Shown here one piece after another: positions 14,656 through 27,039 of a stretch of DNA of 64,000 bases (position 1 is its first letter; each line of letters starts with the position of its first letter). Both the position numbers and the translations under genes were made by a program. This DNA is from Azolla caroliniana (lineage: Eukaryota; Plantae; Polypodiophyta): positions 21,328,001-21,392,000 of the forward strand of contig JBHGNT010000003.1 of the NCBI GenBank assembly GCA_043228905.1, read 5' to 3'. The notes beneath the pieces were generated by a model. That model saw nothing but the letters and a program-made list of their open reading frames with translations. It had not been told where the DNA came from and did not search any database.

Positions 14656-17367
14656 GCTCTGTTTCTTCTTCTTCTTCTTCTTCTATTTTACTTTCTCTGA
14701 GAGAAGAGCAGAGTGATGGAGATGGAGATGCATATGGAGATGCTCTGAATTAACGGTCGGATTTTGATTTGAATTTTCAAAAACCTGCAGGGGTTTTAGG
14801 GCTCGTATTTATTTACTCATTTAATTATTTTAAAAAATTTGCACCAATTTCAGTGTGATCAAAATTAGAAATAAAAATAAAAATAAAAACAAAAAACAGA
14901 AACATAAAAACATAAAAAATATAAAAATAAAAACTATAAAAGAAGAAAATAATACATAAGAATACAATAAAACTTAAAATTTTAAATAAAATTAAATAAA
15001 TAAATACAATTAAATAAATTAAAATTAAAATTCAAAAAAAAAAGAACACAAAAAAAGAGAAAAGAATATGGAATAATAAGATAGATCATGATGTGGGTGG
15101 GACCCCAAGTTACTCTAGAGAAGAAGCAAAAGAACTACACTAGAATCGGTCAATCGAACTGCCTTCCTGTTGTCTAGTGTTATGTTATGTTGTGTTTCCG
15201 GTGTGCGCCCGACCAATCAATGTCTCATGTACCACCCCAATCGATGGATCGAATCCACCGACACGTTTTCCGTTGCCAATGTCCTTGTTTACTATCCCGC
15301 ATCAATCCATCCATCAACACATTCCGCCCTCTCCCTGTGCCTATACTACTATTGTCCGTCCTCGTGTTGTATATGAGCTGATAACATCAATCCACATATA
15401 AGACCTCGAGCTCCATCTCCACACACCTCATAGCTATCCGAAATCTTCTCCGACCTCATCACACCATCGTCTCATCTTTCTCTTTGTAACTACAGTTATC
15501 AACGTTGTGTTCTGAAAACCCTAAATCATCTCCAACCAGTGACCACATTGTTGTCGTCTAGTCATTCTCTCTGTTACTACAATCATCGACATTGTGTGCC
15601 GACAAACCTTTTACAATTTCAAATGCCAACAAATCCCCCCCCCCCTAACCAACACGTGGATTTATAAAGTAAAAATAGATTGGAAGCTTCTATATTAACC
15701 CTTATCCAATACTTTTTGGCTCTCGAGACTCGTTATATTAAGAAAACAATTAATACCTCGATTCTCATTTTTTTTCAAAAAGATAAACCAACTACGTATC
15801 AAAGAGAGGTATGCCCGTTGGTAGTGGCAGTTGGTCTAGCATTGCGCGGAATGCTACGAAGATGAAAGCGAGGTTAATGATTTATGTTAGACTTACTTCA
15901 ATCCAACTAGCAAATGAATTGATCTAATTCCAAGACAAATCCAGTGGATAAGTCCTAAAACATTCCTCTTAAAAGTCTTTTTTGTCGTCTTCCCACACAT
16001 TTACATTATTCAATACTTTTTTTTTCTCGAAAGCCACTTAATTCAATCCCCAAAATTGAAAGTTTAAAATTTGAAATTCAACCCGAGTGGTAATTTTTAA
16101 TGTCTATATTTGACTTTGAAGACATTTAATTCTAGTAATGCAAAAATATACATGTAGGCTTGTAGCTTGTCAATGTTAAAGAAGGCACTCAATAAAAAAA
16201 TTACAAATACAAAAATGTTCACATGAGTCAAGCTAAGTTACACGTATATGCACTTGTATATTGGTGCACACATTGAGGTATCCATTAGGTTATTTGTCAT
16301 TCTAGTTAGTCTTGAATTCAAGAGATTCACATGTGGGTTTCCATGGAGAGTGAAGATAAATAGTGAGAATATTGCATTATTAAATACCACACAATAAATG
16401 AGAGTTGTTAAATTGTTGGATTATGCAAGTAGTAGTAGTAGTTATAATCCAATGTACATGAAGGATAACATAATGAGAAGTTCAGAAAATTTGAATGGAT
16501 GTCATTTATTGGTGTCCTATTTAATCTTCATTTTGAAACCTATATAATCATGTTGCAAACAAGTGCTAGTCACAATCCAAACTGAGCGTTAATATAAAAG
16601 TTCTCATAGGTATTCTATGTATCTTGTGTATAATCTACTAAAATAAGTATTTGAAGCCTATGATCCTGTTTTCGGTATCACTTTGGTTGACCATGATGAA
16701 CTGCCCCACATTAAATGGTGGAACCTAACACTTTCTCTCCAATGTTGCATCGAAACTTTTCATAAATCTATAGAATCAAACTTCTATCATTCAAATGGAT
16801 AGAATTTAACATTCAATGGAACACATTGTATTCAAAGACCATCCAATGGTTAGGAATTGGAAACAGATTGGATTTCAGCGTAATCAATTTCACATTGTCC
16901 AAGCCAAACTAGTTAAAACCAGTTAAGAAATTTCAAACCTAAACAGAACCAAACCAAACCCTAAACTGGTTAAGCTCAATGCAGTTATCAGTAGCCTACT
17001 AATATGAAGAGATATTATAAGAAAATTCAAATTACCACTAAATTTATTGTTTGGTCATACCTAATTTTACCTAATTCTTTTTATAAAACTTTATGAGCTT
17101 GTTGTGACAAATTATGTACGAAAAATGTTAAAATATTGCATCCAAATAAATATATCTCCCAATTGTTTCGAACTACATATTACACTACACACATACTACA
17201 TAGGCTTAATACACTCCTAAAGCCAATATATTTCACGTTCAAATGATCCCATTTGGCCAAAAACGAAGGATTTTGTTGACAATTTAGAAGCTCTTTCTAC
17301 CTAGCAAAATATGGTGTCAAGTTTTTAACACTGAACAATAACACCATCGAGTATCAAATGTCATCAT

Positions 17368-17602
17368 CAAGTATTCCACAAACCCAACAAATCATGAACA
17401 TCAAGTATTCCGTAATTCAAGTATCCATTAACATCATCAAGTATTCCAAAAATTCAAAAAATTATCACTTGTCCAAGTACAAGTATTCCACAAACCCAAC
17501 AAATCATGAACATCAAGTATTCCGTAATTCAAGTATCCATAAACATCATCAAGTATTCCAAAAATTCAAAAAATTATCACTTGTCCAAGTACAAGTATTC
17601 CA
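17368..17602. repeat. 112-bp tandem duplication (about 2.1 copies) over the hAT transposase stop codon
   Basis: Unit caagtattccacaaacccaacaaatc...ttgtccaagta starts at 17368 and 17480, with one mismatch seen. Confidence 0.9.
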
Positions 17603-19789
17603 TGACATCATCCTCTGCCATCGTGTTTTCTAAATCAATATTTAAACTATGATATGCATCATTAATATCTTCAGGTATAGAAATGTTTGCACTATCAAGT
17701 AAATCCAACCATGATCTAATGCACATCTCCGCCTTAAAAGTGCATGGATGTAAGCGAAACCTATTTTCAAAGTTATAATAACCTTCAGAGTAAACTTCCT
17801 CCGAAGGCACCGATGAAGCTGGAATTGCCAAATATTCGCATGCCATCTTGTACAAACTTGGCAAAGTGGATCTGCTTCAAATCAACAAATTAGATAATAT
17901 CAACAAATGCTTTTGAAACATAAGGAAAGATTCAACGAAACCTGTAAGTAAGCCACCACTGAAGAGGGTCTATGTCTGACTTTGCTCGTGGAAGCTTCAA
18001 GAAATCTTCAATTTCTGAACCTGTTGATGTTTCATGAGATTTCTCATTGATATCTAACATTTTCCAAAACTCCACATGTTTAGAATGATGTCCTTCAATT
18101 GTATCATTGGATGGGGAAGCATGGGCATTTTCGACATGATAGTTTGTGTCTAATACATTTCGGACCAATTCTATATCGAGGTTTTTGTCTATTGGATTAT
18201 TTGGTTTTGGAACTCTACATCAAGATAGAAATATCAGTAAAATAATTACAAAATTATACAATTACAAAAGATTAAAAAGAAGTGAAAATGTCAATCTAAC
18301 AAAAATACCTTGGGTCAAGAAACATTGCGATTCGAGATGGAATGGATTTCAATGATTCTTGGTACTTGATTAGGTGTTGTAAACATTTGTTACTAGCCTC
18401 CTTTTGAACTTCAAGAGTGATCTTCTCATATGGTGACTCAATCGAGTCCATATCCATAAATATATAACTATTACAATGTGATAACAAAAGTTTGAATGCA
18501 AATGCTGCTATCGAGAGGGTTGGGCACTTTGAGTCACTCATGTAATTACAAATTATAGCAGGCACACGTAACCATTGTTCCATACTTTGTATACGGTTCC
18601 AATCTTCTATTGAGAGTGTATGATCAACAAACTCATGAGCAACAGCCTTGTCAGTTATGGTACAACTCAAGATATCTCTTAATTTTATGGCTTGTTGATA
18701 CATTACTAGAGTTGAATTCCATCTAGTAACACAATCTACACATGGTGGTTCTTGCTCTCCATTCTTGTGCATATTTTTTGAATATTTTTTAAAAATAGCT
18801 CTACTAACTTTACTCTTGCGTATAGAATGTAATGTCTTCCTTAATTTCATAGTAGAAGGAGCAATAACCTCTAATGCAGACTTCACACCAAGCTGATATG
18901 TATGAACCATGCATCTTAACATATGTGATGATTGTAAAATGTCTTGTCCATGATGCCTAAGCAACAACGTAGCTAATTCTTTTGATGCAACTAAACTTTC
19001 ACTAGCACCATCAGATGTTGTGGATAGAAGACGTGAAGAGATACCAAATGATTTTAGACGTGAGAATAAAGCTTGCCCAACACGTTTTCCTACTCCATCT
19101 CCTGGAAAGACATCTAGAAAGTCTAAAAGAACATTAATCGGCTTGCCAGACTCTAAAGAGGTCCAATGTAAAGTCATCCTATAAAATCCTGTCAAACTAT
19201 TATTGGTACACCCGTCATATGTCATAGCATATCTAAAACTTTGTGAGGACAAATAAGTAATAACTAATTGACGGAGAACAACATACATTCGTAATACTAA
19301 TTTTTCAACTGTACGAGCTGATTTAAGTTGATAACCTAGCGAGAAATCATGCACTAATCTTTTTAAGCTAGAGGATTCAACATCTGCATGAGGCAACATT
19401 ACTGAAACTATATATCTAGCAATAGAACTATCAAATTTCTTCTCTACAGTATGAGGCGTAGCTAATGAAGGTGTAGATGCATCTATTTGAGTTTGGACAA
19501 GAACACTACTAGAAACTTGTGGCTGTGTTGTGCTATTGATATTATGCTTATGTAATAAATGTTTGGCAATAGAACCTGTAGATGTAGAGCTTGACCATAA
19601 CAAGTGACAATAATTACATCGACGTCCAGATGCATCTCCCTCCTTGACGGAGAAGATGTGTTTCTTAGTCCATGAAGATCTTTTTCTTGCCCTTGTTTTG
19701 CGTTTAACGATTGAGGTTGATGTCGCCTTAGTGGGTGACGACAAAAAAGGAGTTACAGTTTGACTATCTTCCATAGAAATGTCTAGCAT
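17577..19789 (-). CDS. hAT-superfamily transposase (BED zinc finger, DDE core, C-terminal dimerisation domain), ~682 aa
   Basis: Exons 19789-18309, 18214-17942, 17871-17577 join in frame via two short GT-AG introns. BED finger CNYC...STGSIAKHLLHKH; TYDGCT; TTSDGAS; RCMVH (CxxH); TRWNST; FLDPR; DPLQWW; LAIPASSVPSEEVYS. Confidence 0.9.
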
Positions 19790-20759
19790 CTATATTACAA
19801 ATTAAGAATCATGTAGTTAGATAACAAATATATAAATGCATGATATACAATTATTTCATAGAATAATCAAAAGATGACACCCAAGTGATACTATCATTTG
19901 AGTTTAATAATAACTTGCACAACATGTAAAAAAAAGTTACAAACAAGACTTCGGGGACACCTTTACATGTAAAAATAAAGCGTGGGCACCTCTACAAACT
20001 AGAAAGATAGAGTTGAGGACATCGTTACATGATAGATGCAAAAAAGGGAGAAGACACAAGTTAGGATACACCAAGAAGCCTGAAAAGGCTGAATGATAAT
20101 GATATGGTTTTCTTCATAGATATCATATTGGTGGGATGAGCATCTCACACTCTGTTCGAGCACATATAAAAGCTTATTGGTGTAAATATCATATTCTAAC
20201 CATTGAGATGCATAATGCACCCAAGTCAATGTGTACTTGCGTTTGCCATAACTTCCTCATATGATCTTCAAATCCTTTGATGGGCATAGCTCTTATTCAT
20301 GTGTTTAACTATGAATCATCATAAATTTCATCAAAAATCTACGACCATAATTTGAAGTAACTCAATACGTCGAATATAAATATGAAATAACTTAATGGAG
20401 TAACGCAATCGAGTTACATTGTATAAAACCATGTTAGCGGCTCAATAAATGGCAGCTTATCATGTCACTTCATCATATCACACAGTATTTGATACGGTCA
20501 TGTTGAACCTTCTTTGCTATTGGTTCAATAAATCTCATCTCAAAACGAACCGAGTAAATGTAATACCAGAAACCCATCCATACTATCTTGACATAACACC
20601 ATCTTCCATGTATATTAAGAAGACAGGCAATATCACAAGTCTTGTAAGTGAAAACAATCATCTTCAAAATATCACAACAATGTAATATCTCAACCATTAA
20701 CATATCAATTAGAATGTTCTTTTTAAATCATGCTCAGTGCATCACTCTTGTCACTTTGG

Positions 20760-21500
20760 TATAGGATCCTTGCTTATCACATCCATTATCAAATTATGTC
20801 ATAAGACAACAAATATCAGGTTAGTTATTGAGGCTTGATGCATTCAACGTGACCTTAAAATAAGGAAATCTATTCTTCGGACATGGAATGAAACATACCG
20901 TTTTGGTATGTCATCCATGGCCATATGAGGCCAAAAAATACATAATGGGAAACAAACTAAATGAATGTATATAACTTCTAAGCGGAAAACGTCCATGATT
21001 CAATCGAAATTATATAAACGATAACTTAACTTAAACTTTTGAGCTTCTATGATTCATTTTTTGCTCTGTAAAAGAAACCCCAACCGGCAGCACCTAAGTT
21101 TTCCATCACATCTCCATAAAACAAAATATGTTGATGCCCCTTTTTTTTTACATTGCAAGCCTGTAGAGGCAGTGAAATGTTGAAAATTAAGCTTTTTTGA
21201 CCTGCTGTTTGTCTGCCGATTACCTTTCCCATTACTATTGGCCAAACCTCCCAAGGCCACTGATTACAATTTCTTGCAATCATATTGGGGGCAGGTCATT
21301 CCTATACCTTGTTAGAAGACATGAGAGTCTTGATGGATATTTGGTCATCAAAATCAGACGTCAAGATTATGGTGGAAAATGATCCCATGAATAACCTCTT
21401 TTGAGAAGTGGGCCCAACCAAAACATTTCTCCAAGGCCTTATCTAAGGGTTCTAGTACTACCACATGGATTTGGAACCTACATGCAATTACTTATGATTC
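20760..21500 (-). mobile_element. Degenerate LINE-like fragment
   Basis: Trp-rich broken peptide (IARNCNQWPWEVWPIVMGKVIG) resembling the post-RT region of plant L1 ORF2. Weak. Confidence 0.3.
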
Positions 21501-22744
21501 ACAACAATGATTCAACGGATATATTTCACTTGTGTGAGCAAGGTTCCTACAACATATGGTGGCTCTGAGGATTTGCTTTTCTTAGCTATGTTTGAGAGTA
21601 GACAACCATGCGGTGTTGTGTCAAAACACAAAGAACAAATACTTACCTTCATGTTAGATCATTGCATGGGATCAGGTGAACACGCACCATTTTGCTGGTG
21701 ATTATGCGGTCAGATATGGGTGTGAGTCACTCATGGACTCTTAACAAACAAGAGATCCTAGGCTACCTAACAGAACACCCTAATCGTGTCCTTCATCTCT
21801 TAACTAAAGGAGATAATCAAGGTATGAACTGAAAATATAACTTGAACCCACACTTGAAATCACTTCAATTCTAAGGAAAGCATGGTGGAATCATGATACA
21901 GGATCATCATCAGGTGTGTGTGCTTACATTACAAAGGTGCCTTGAAGAATGTAGGGCTAGCTACCCAAGGAGGATTGCAAAGAAATTGGAGAATGAGGAT
22001 TGCAACTCCTATTGAGTCTAACCATAACTCATGATTCAAAAGAAAGTGGAGAATGATGATTGGAACTCCTATATGATTATAGCCATAACTCATGATTCAA
22101 AAGAAGGGGGTGTGTACATACTGTGTAGGAAGTAGGAGTCGACAGGAGGAGGAGGTGTGCTGGAGGCGCGCGCAGGTCAGGAGTGAAGAATCGAAGGCGT
22201 GGTCGTAGGTCGGCAGAACAGAACAGAACAGAACAGAACAGAAGGAAGGTACTCTCGTTCGTTGTTCAGGTATCTGTTGGGGGTGGGGGGGGGGGGCTTT
22301 AATTAGCCTCAACCCACTAACCTAACCTAATCTGGCGGCGGTTGGAAGAGTAGAAAAAGAAGAAGAAGAAGAAGAAGAGAGAGAAAATGAGGGTTGTGTG
22401 GGGGGAGGAGGGACTCTCATTAAGAAGAAAGAAGAGAGGGAATCACAACCCATTTTTGGGGGGTAATTCTCTGTCTCTGTCTGTCTCTTGCAGGTTTTGC
22501 TAAAAGCAGGGCCTTTTTTTTTGCATCTGGGGTTTTAGGGTTTAGGGGTCTTTTCAAAGTAGAAACCATCAACTTCTCCCTTGCTTGCAGGTTCCATGGA
22601 AAGCTCAGCTCAGGCAAGATTCCTTCCTTGCCAACACCATCTCCAAGAATTCCAAGTACAGAATTACTACTACTTATTACCTGTTTCCTCCTACATACAT
22701 AACTCCACGCAGAGTTCTCTCTCTCTCTCTCTCCCCATTATATC

Positions 22745-23654
22745 TAGCGATGGGTCCGGTTCTGTTTGGGTTCGGTTCGGTTCGGTTTCTTGGTGAAACC
22801 AAACCAAACCATTTATTAATAATAAAAACCGAACCAAACTGTTTACAATTTATGAAGTCATTTAAACCATCCGGTTCTGTTTCGGTTTCTTGGCCTTGGA
22901 AAGTTGAAACCAAACCAAACCATTTATTAATAATAAAAACCGAACCAAACTGTTTACAATTTATGAAGTCATGTGTACAATTTATGAAGTCATTTAAACC
23001 AAACCGTTTACGAAACATTTAAAACCAAACCAAACCAAACCTCTCTTTTTTTTATATTAATCATTATACTTATTATAAATTTGTGTGAGAAAATCATCAT
23101 AAATTTATTCATCATACTTATAATAAATTTTGTCATCATACTTATCATAAATTTTGTCATCATACTCATCATAAATTTGATCATCATACTCATCATAAAT
23201 TTGATCATCATACTTATCATAAATTTGATCATCATAAATGAAAAGGAGACTCTACATATTGTGAAATGCACATAAGAGATCAAAACTAGCCTAGTTAGCT
23301 TCTTACTTCTTACTCAATTTATAGTTCATACAAAGGTACCCATTTGGGTGGCACAAAGGAACACTTGCACACCACAATATAATGCATATAAAATTTAATA
23401 AGTTAAAACTAGAGTTTAAAATTAAAAGTTGAAAGTTAGAGATAATAGGGAAAATTTATGAGTATTTTTTATTTAACCTTTAAACCGAACCACATAAACA
23501 GAAACCGATAAACCGATAAATTCAAAACCGAACCAAAACCGATTAGTAACATTTGAAACCAAACCAAACCGTTTATTTATCTTCGAACCTATAAACCATC
23601 AAGCCACGAGTTTTCAGTTCAGTTCGGTTTGAGCCGAAACTGGGCCCATTACTA
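22745..23654. mobile_element. Non-autonomous hAT element (MITE), 910 bp, with TIRs and 8-bp TSD
   Basis: Left end TAGCGATGGGTCCGGTT; right end reverse-complements to TAGTAATGGGCCCAGTT. Identical flanks ATTATATC at 22737-22744 and 23655-23662. Subterminal AAACC/GGTTC repeats. Confidence 0.9.
23062..23240. repeat. 24-bp minisatellite inside the MITE
   Basis: About 7 copies of catcatact(t/c)atcataaattt(g/t)(a/g)t. A related array lies at ~50735-50860. Confidence 0.85.
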
Positions 23655-25259
23655 ATTATATCATCTAAAATGGCTTAAATGACTTCCAAACAGCTTCACC
23701 CGATTTGATCCGATTGGCACGGTTCGAGCTAAGCCGAGCCAAACTGAACCTAGCTCAAATTTGGTTTAGAGGTACCGAAGGAGAAATTAGTTACGCAATG
23801 TAGGCGATGACTATGCAAAGATCAATCGATAATGAGTACATAAAGGAGGGTTAGTATATGTATGTACTCCTTGTATGAGTTCTTGCATCATATCCTTAAT
23901 TGCATAAATCTGTCATGTTGGTTGAATGAGTGGGATGTCAAATGGTATATTGTCCGATCAATATAAAGGACACTTTCCTATTTATTACAAGTGTGGAGTT
24001 TACACAATCCCCAATGAGTGAGTAGTTGAGCTCAATATCTTAACAAAGACCAAGGAACGGGTCATGCCAAAGAGAATCGAGAGGTGTGTGCCAAAGCTTG
24101 TGAATCACATTTGGAAAGACACTCAAATGAATGAGCAAAGGACTCTAGGAAAGAGTGTGAACGCTAGTGCAAGAGTGGGGATGTGCAAACCTAATAAGAG
24201 TGAAACGCGAAATGATGAATGCGAGCGATATCTAGATGAGTAGATGGATAGGCAAAAAACAAATTATGTGGATGACCTTCAAGAAGCTAAAATAATGATG
24301 ATGATGTATACAGATAATTGAGTTTAGAGAGTCACTTGAAATGGATATATGGATTTTGAAGGTAGGACTTAGGAGCAATCTAATGGAGAAATAGTCTGTC
24401 ATTGTACAAAGTGGATGTTGGTATGGAGATGAAGATGGAGTGCCATACCAATAGTCATAGTAGAGCAAATCCACATATGTTATTGTACAATACTATTACT
24501 ACAATGAAATGTATTTGAATATCTTCTACAATTTTGTGGTTTCTTACATTTCATGGAAATTGTCCAATAGGCAACTGAATGTGTTACTTGTCTACATATT
24601 TATCGGATCAGATTTAGGTGTTTTTTGCACAATAGAAAGGCTCTATAGTGGCAATTATTTATTGATCTATGGAAGTTAGTACGTAGTTATGCCATAACTA
24701 TTATTTTTAGTAAGGCAAACTACAATGGAGGTAGTGTGTACTTAGTTTAGTAAATAGGGATCCAAGGTATATGAAGATTCCACCATTTAATAAGTGAGTA
24801 TTAAATAGTATTCCTCTCATTCTCATCATCATGATGGGCCAAACATTGCTCAAAGAGGCCTATAAAAGGGTACCCATTTTAAGTAAGACTAAGTGACTAA
24901 TCTTTATTGATAAAAATAATATTGTTGTTACTCTCCCTCTCTTTTATTGGTCTCTTCCTTCTTCCACTCATTATGGGGTCGGAGGCCTAGCGCTCTACCA
25001 TCTTTAACAAAGAGGAGGTGGAGAACACAATAGGTAGTAGAAATCACTTGACAACCATGATTCGTTACCAAGAAGGAGACTTCAATTTCCAACCAACCTC
25101 AAGGCACTTGAGAAAAGGGATAACATGTGACCCTACTCAAGAAGCAATGACCAAATCAAGCAAACCCCTCATACTAATGCTCGAATACCATGTAGCTCAA
25201 GAGAAGCTTATGTAGCCCATATCATCATTCAAGGCAGAACACAACACGCTCATAAGCAT

Positions 25260-26300
25260 TGAATATTGTATCTAAAGGATTTCTAGCCTAAACTTTATCC
25301 ACTTGTATATGTTCATCTTTGTCTAAATGATCCTTAATCATAAGTTGTGCTTGAATGGATTACATTTAACCCAACAAGAAGCAAATCACAACACTCCAAG
25401 GAGATCAAATAGATATACGAGTAAAGATCTTCAAAAAGGATCATCTATTACAAGTTTAGCTTGCTTCTGAGATAGTGTTTTTCTATGTGGTATAGTATTA
25501 TGTTGTGAATCATGAAGACATGTAGTATTCACCTTCTTGATGATAATTAGGCCTTGTGTATGCTTCTTGTAGATGCAAGCAACAATCATTGCATTGTAAA
25601 GCCCATTAAGGTTTCATAAGTTGATTGCACAATGTATTCAAATATATCCAATATATGACATGTTTCCTATTTCTCCCAAGAATATAATGTTTGCATGTGC
25701 AAATAGTCACAGGACTCGAGACTATTTTTCCAAGGCTTCCAAATTCCAATATATTATGTGCATAGATCTCATTTTTTACCATGTCTAGGTTCTTTGACAA
25801 CTAAAGTTGACACGCCATACTTGAATGTCGTGTGCTCCATAAGAGTTCTAACGATAATTTATGCTCTAATATTATAAACCATACTCAATAATTTGATGCA
25901 AAGAATAATGAAAGCTCCTAAAATTAACTAGTATGATGTGATCAAATGCATTTGGCACATAACAATATTCCCAAAAAGGTTTCTATGCTTACAGAATGTT
26001 TAATCATTGTCCCCTTCAAACAAACTATGCTAATTCCCGTGCTCTTGTTTTTAACTTCAAAGGGGTCAAATGCATTGGTTATTCAAAGCACGCTTAGTAC
26101 CACATAGCATGCTGTCTAGGTATCGAAGTCACATTGTCCTTGCCCTTCTTGTTGATGGTGACATGTTTCCTTGTCTTGTCAAAGGAAAATATCTCTCCAA
26201 ATTCAATAAGAAGAAGGGCCCTCATCTCACCATATATACTTATTTGGCTACAACAATAGCTATTGCGAACAATAAAGTTGAGAATCCACTAGAATATAGC
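25260..26300 (-). mobile_element. Degenerate Ty1/copia RT relic
   Basis: Minus-strand remnants LDMVKNEIYA (cf. GDLEEEIYM) and CNQLMKP*WALQ (cf. CRLRKSLYGLKQ). Heavily mutated. Confidence 0.4.
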
Positions 26301-26472
26301 TTATTATAGGAAAAGTTGATGAAAGGATCCACTATCATAATATGATGAAATGATCACCTATATTTATCATGTATCAATCATAAATTCAAAAATCTCAAAC
26401 AAGCATAAGAGGGTTAGATGGCTGGACAAGCATCGGATGATTAAAATAACATAAGACAACATATCACACAAA

Positions 26473-27039
26473 TTTATTTAACCATAACTATCATCATAAT
26501 CATTTCATCAATAATGATTAAGATTATGGATCTCCATATTTCCATTAGAGATGACAATTACAAATGCCGCCTGCGTTTTGGGGCACTCGTGTAAGTGGGT
26601 TCAGTCAAAAGTGAAACAACCGAATCGAGTGTCGCTGAGGGTTTAATGTCTTCAATAGTGTTTTATTTAACCATAACTATCATCATAATCATTTCATCAA
26701 TAATGATTAAGATTATGGATCTCCATATTTCCATTAGAGATGACAATTACAAATGCCGCCTGCGTTTTGGGGCACTCGTGTAAGTGGGTTCAGTCAAAAG
26801 TGAAACAACCGAATCGAGTGTCGCTGAGGGTTTAATGTCTTCAATAGTGTTTTATTTAACCATAACTATCATCATAATCATTTCATCAATAATGATTAAG
26901 ATTATGGATCTCCATATTTCCATTAGAGATGACAATTACAAATGCCGCCTGCGTTTTGGGGCACTCGTGTAAGTGGGTTCAGTCAAAAGTGAAACAACCG
27001 AATCGAGTGTCGCTGAGGGTTTAATGTCTTCAATAGTGT
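26473..27039. repeat. Three exact tandem copies of a 189-bp unit spanning the XRCC4 C-terminus and 3'UTR
   Basis: Units start at 26473, 26662 and 26851. Identical 62-aa antisense ORFs in the track confirm the period. Confidence 0.95.

Noticed and set aside
23062-23240. Regular 24-bp repeats superficially like a CRISPR array, with Ile/Met-rich ORFs on both strands
   Set aside because: No unique spacers, eukaryotic context and located inside a MITE. The ORFs are by-products of the repeat.
23799-25009. Possible solo LTR (TG...CA, TATA, CT-rich tail)
   Set aside because: The flanks give no TSD and the boundaries cannot be fixed.
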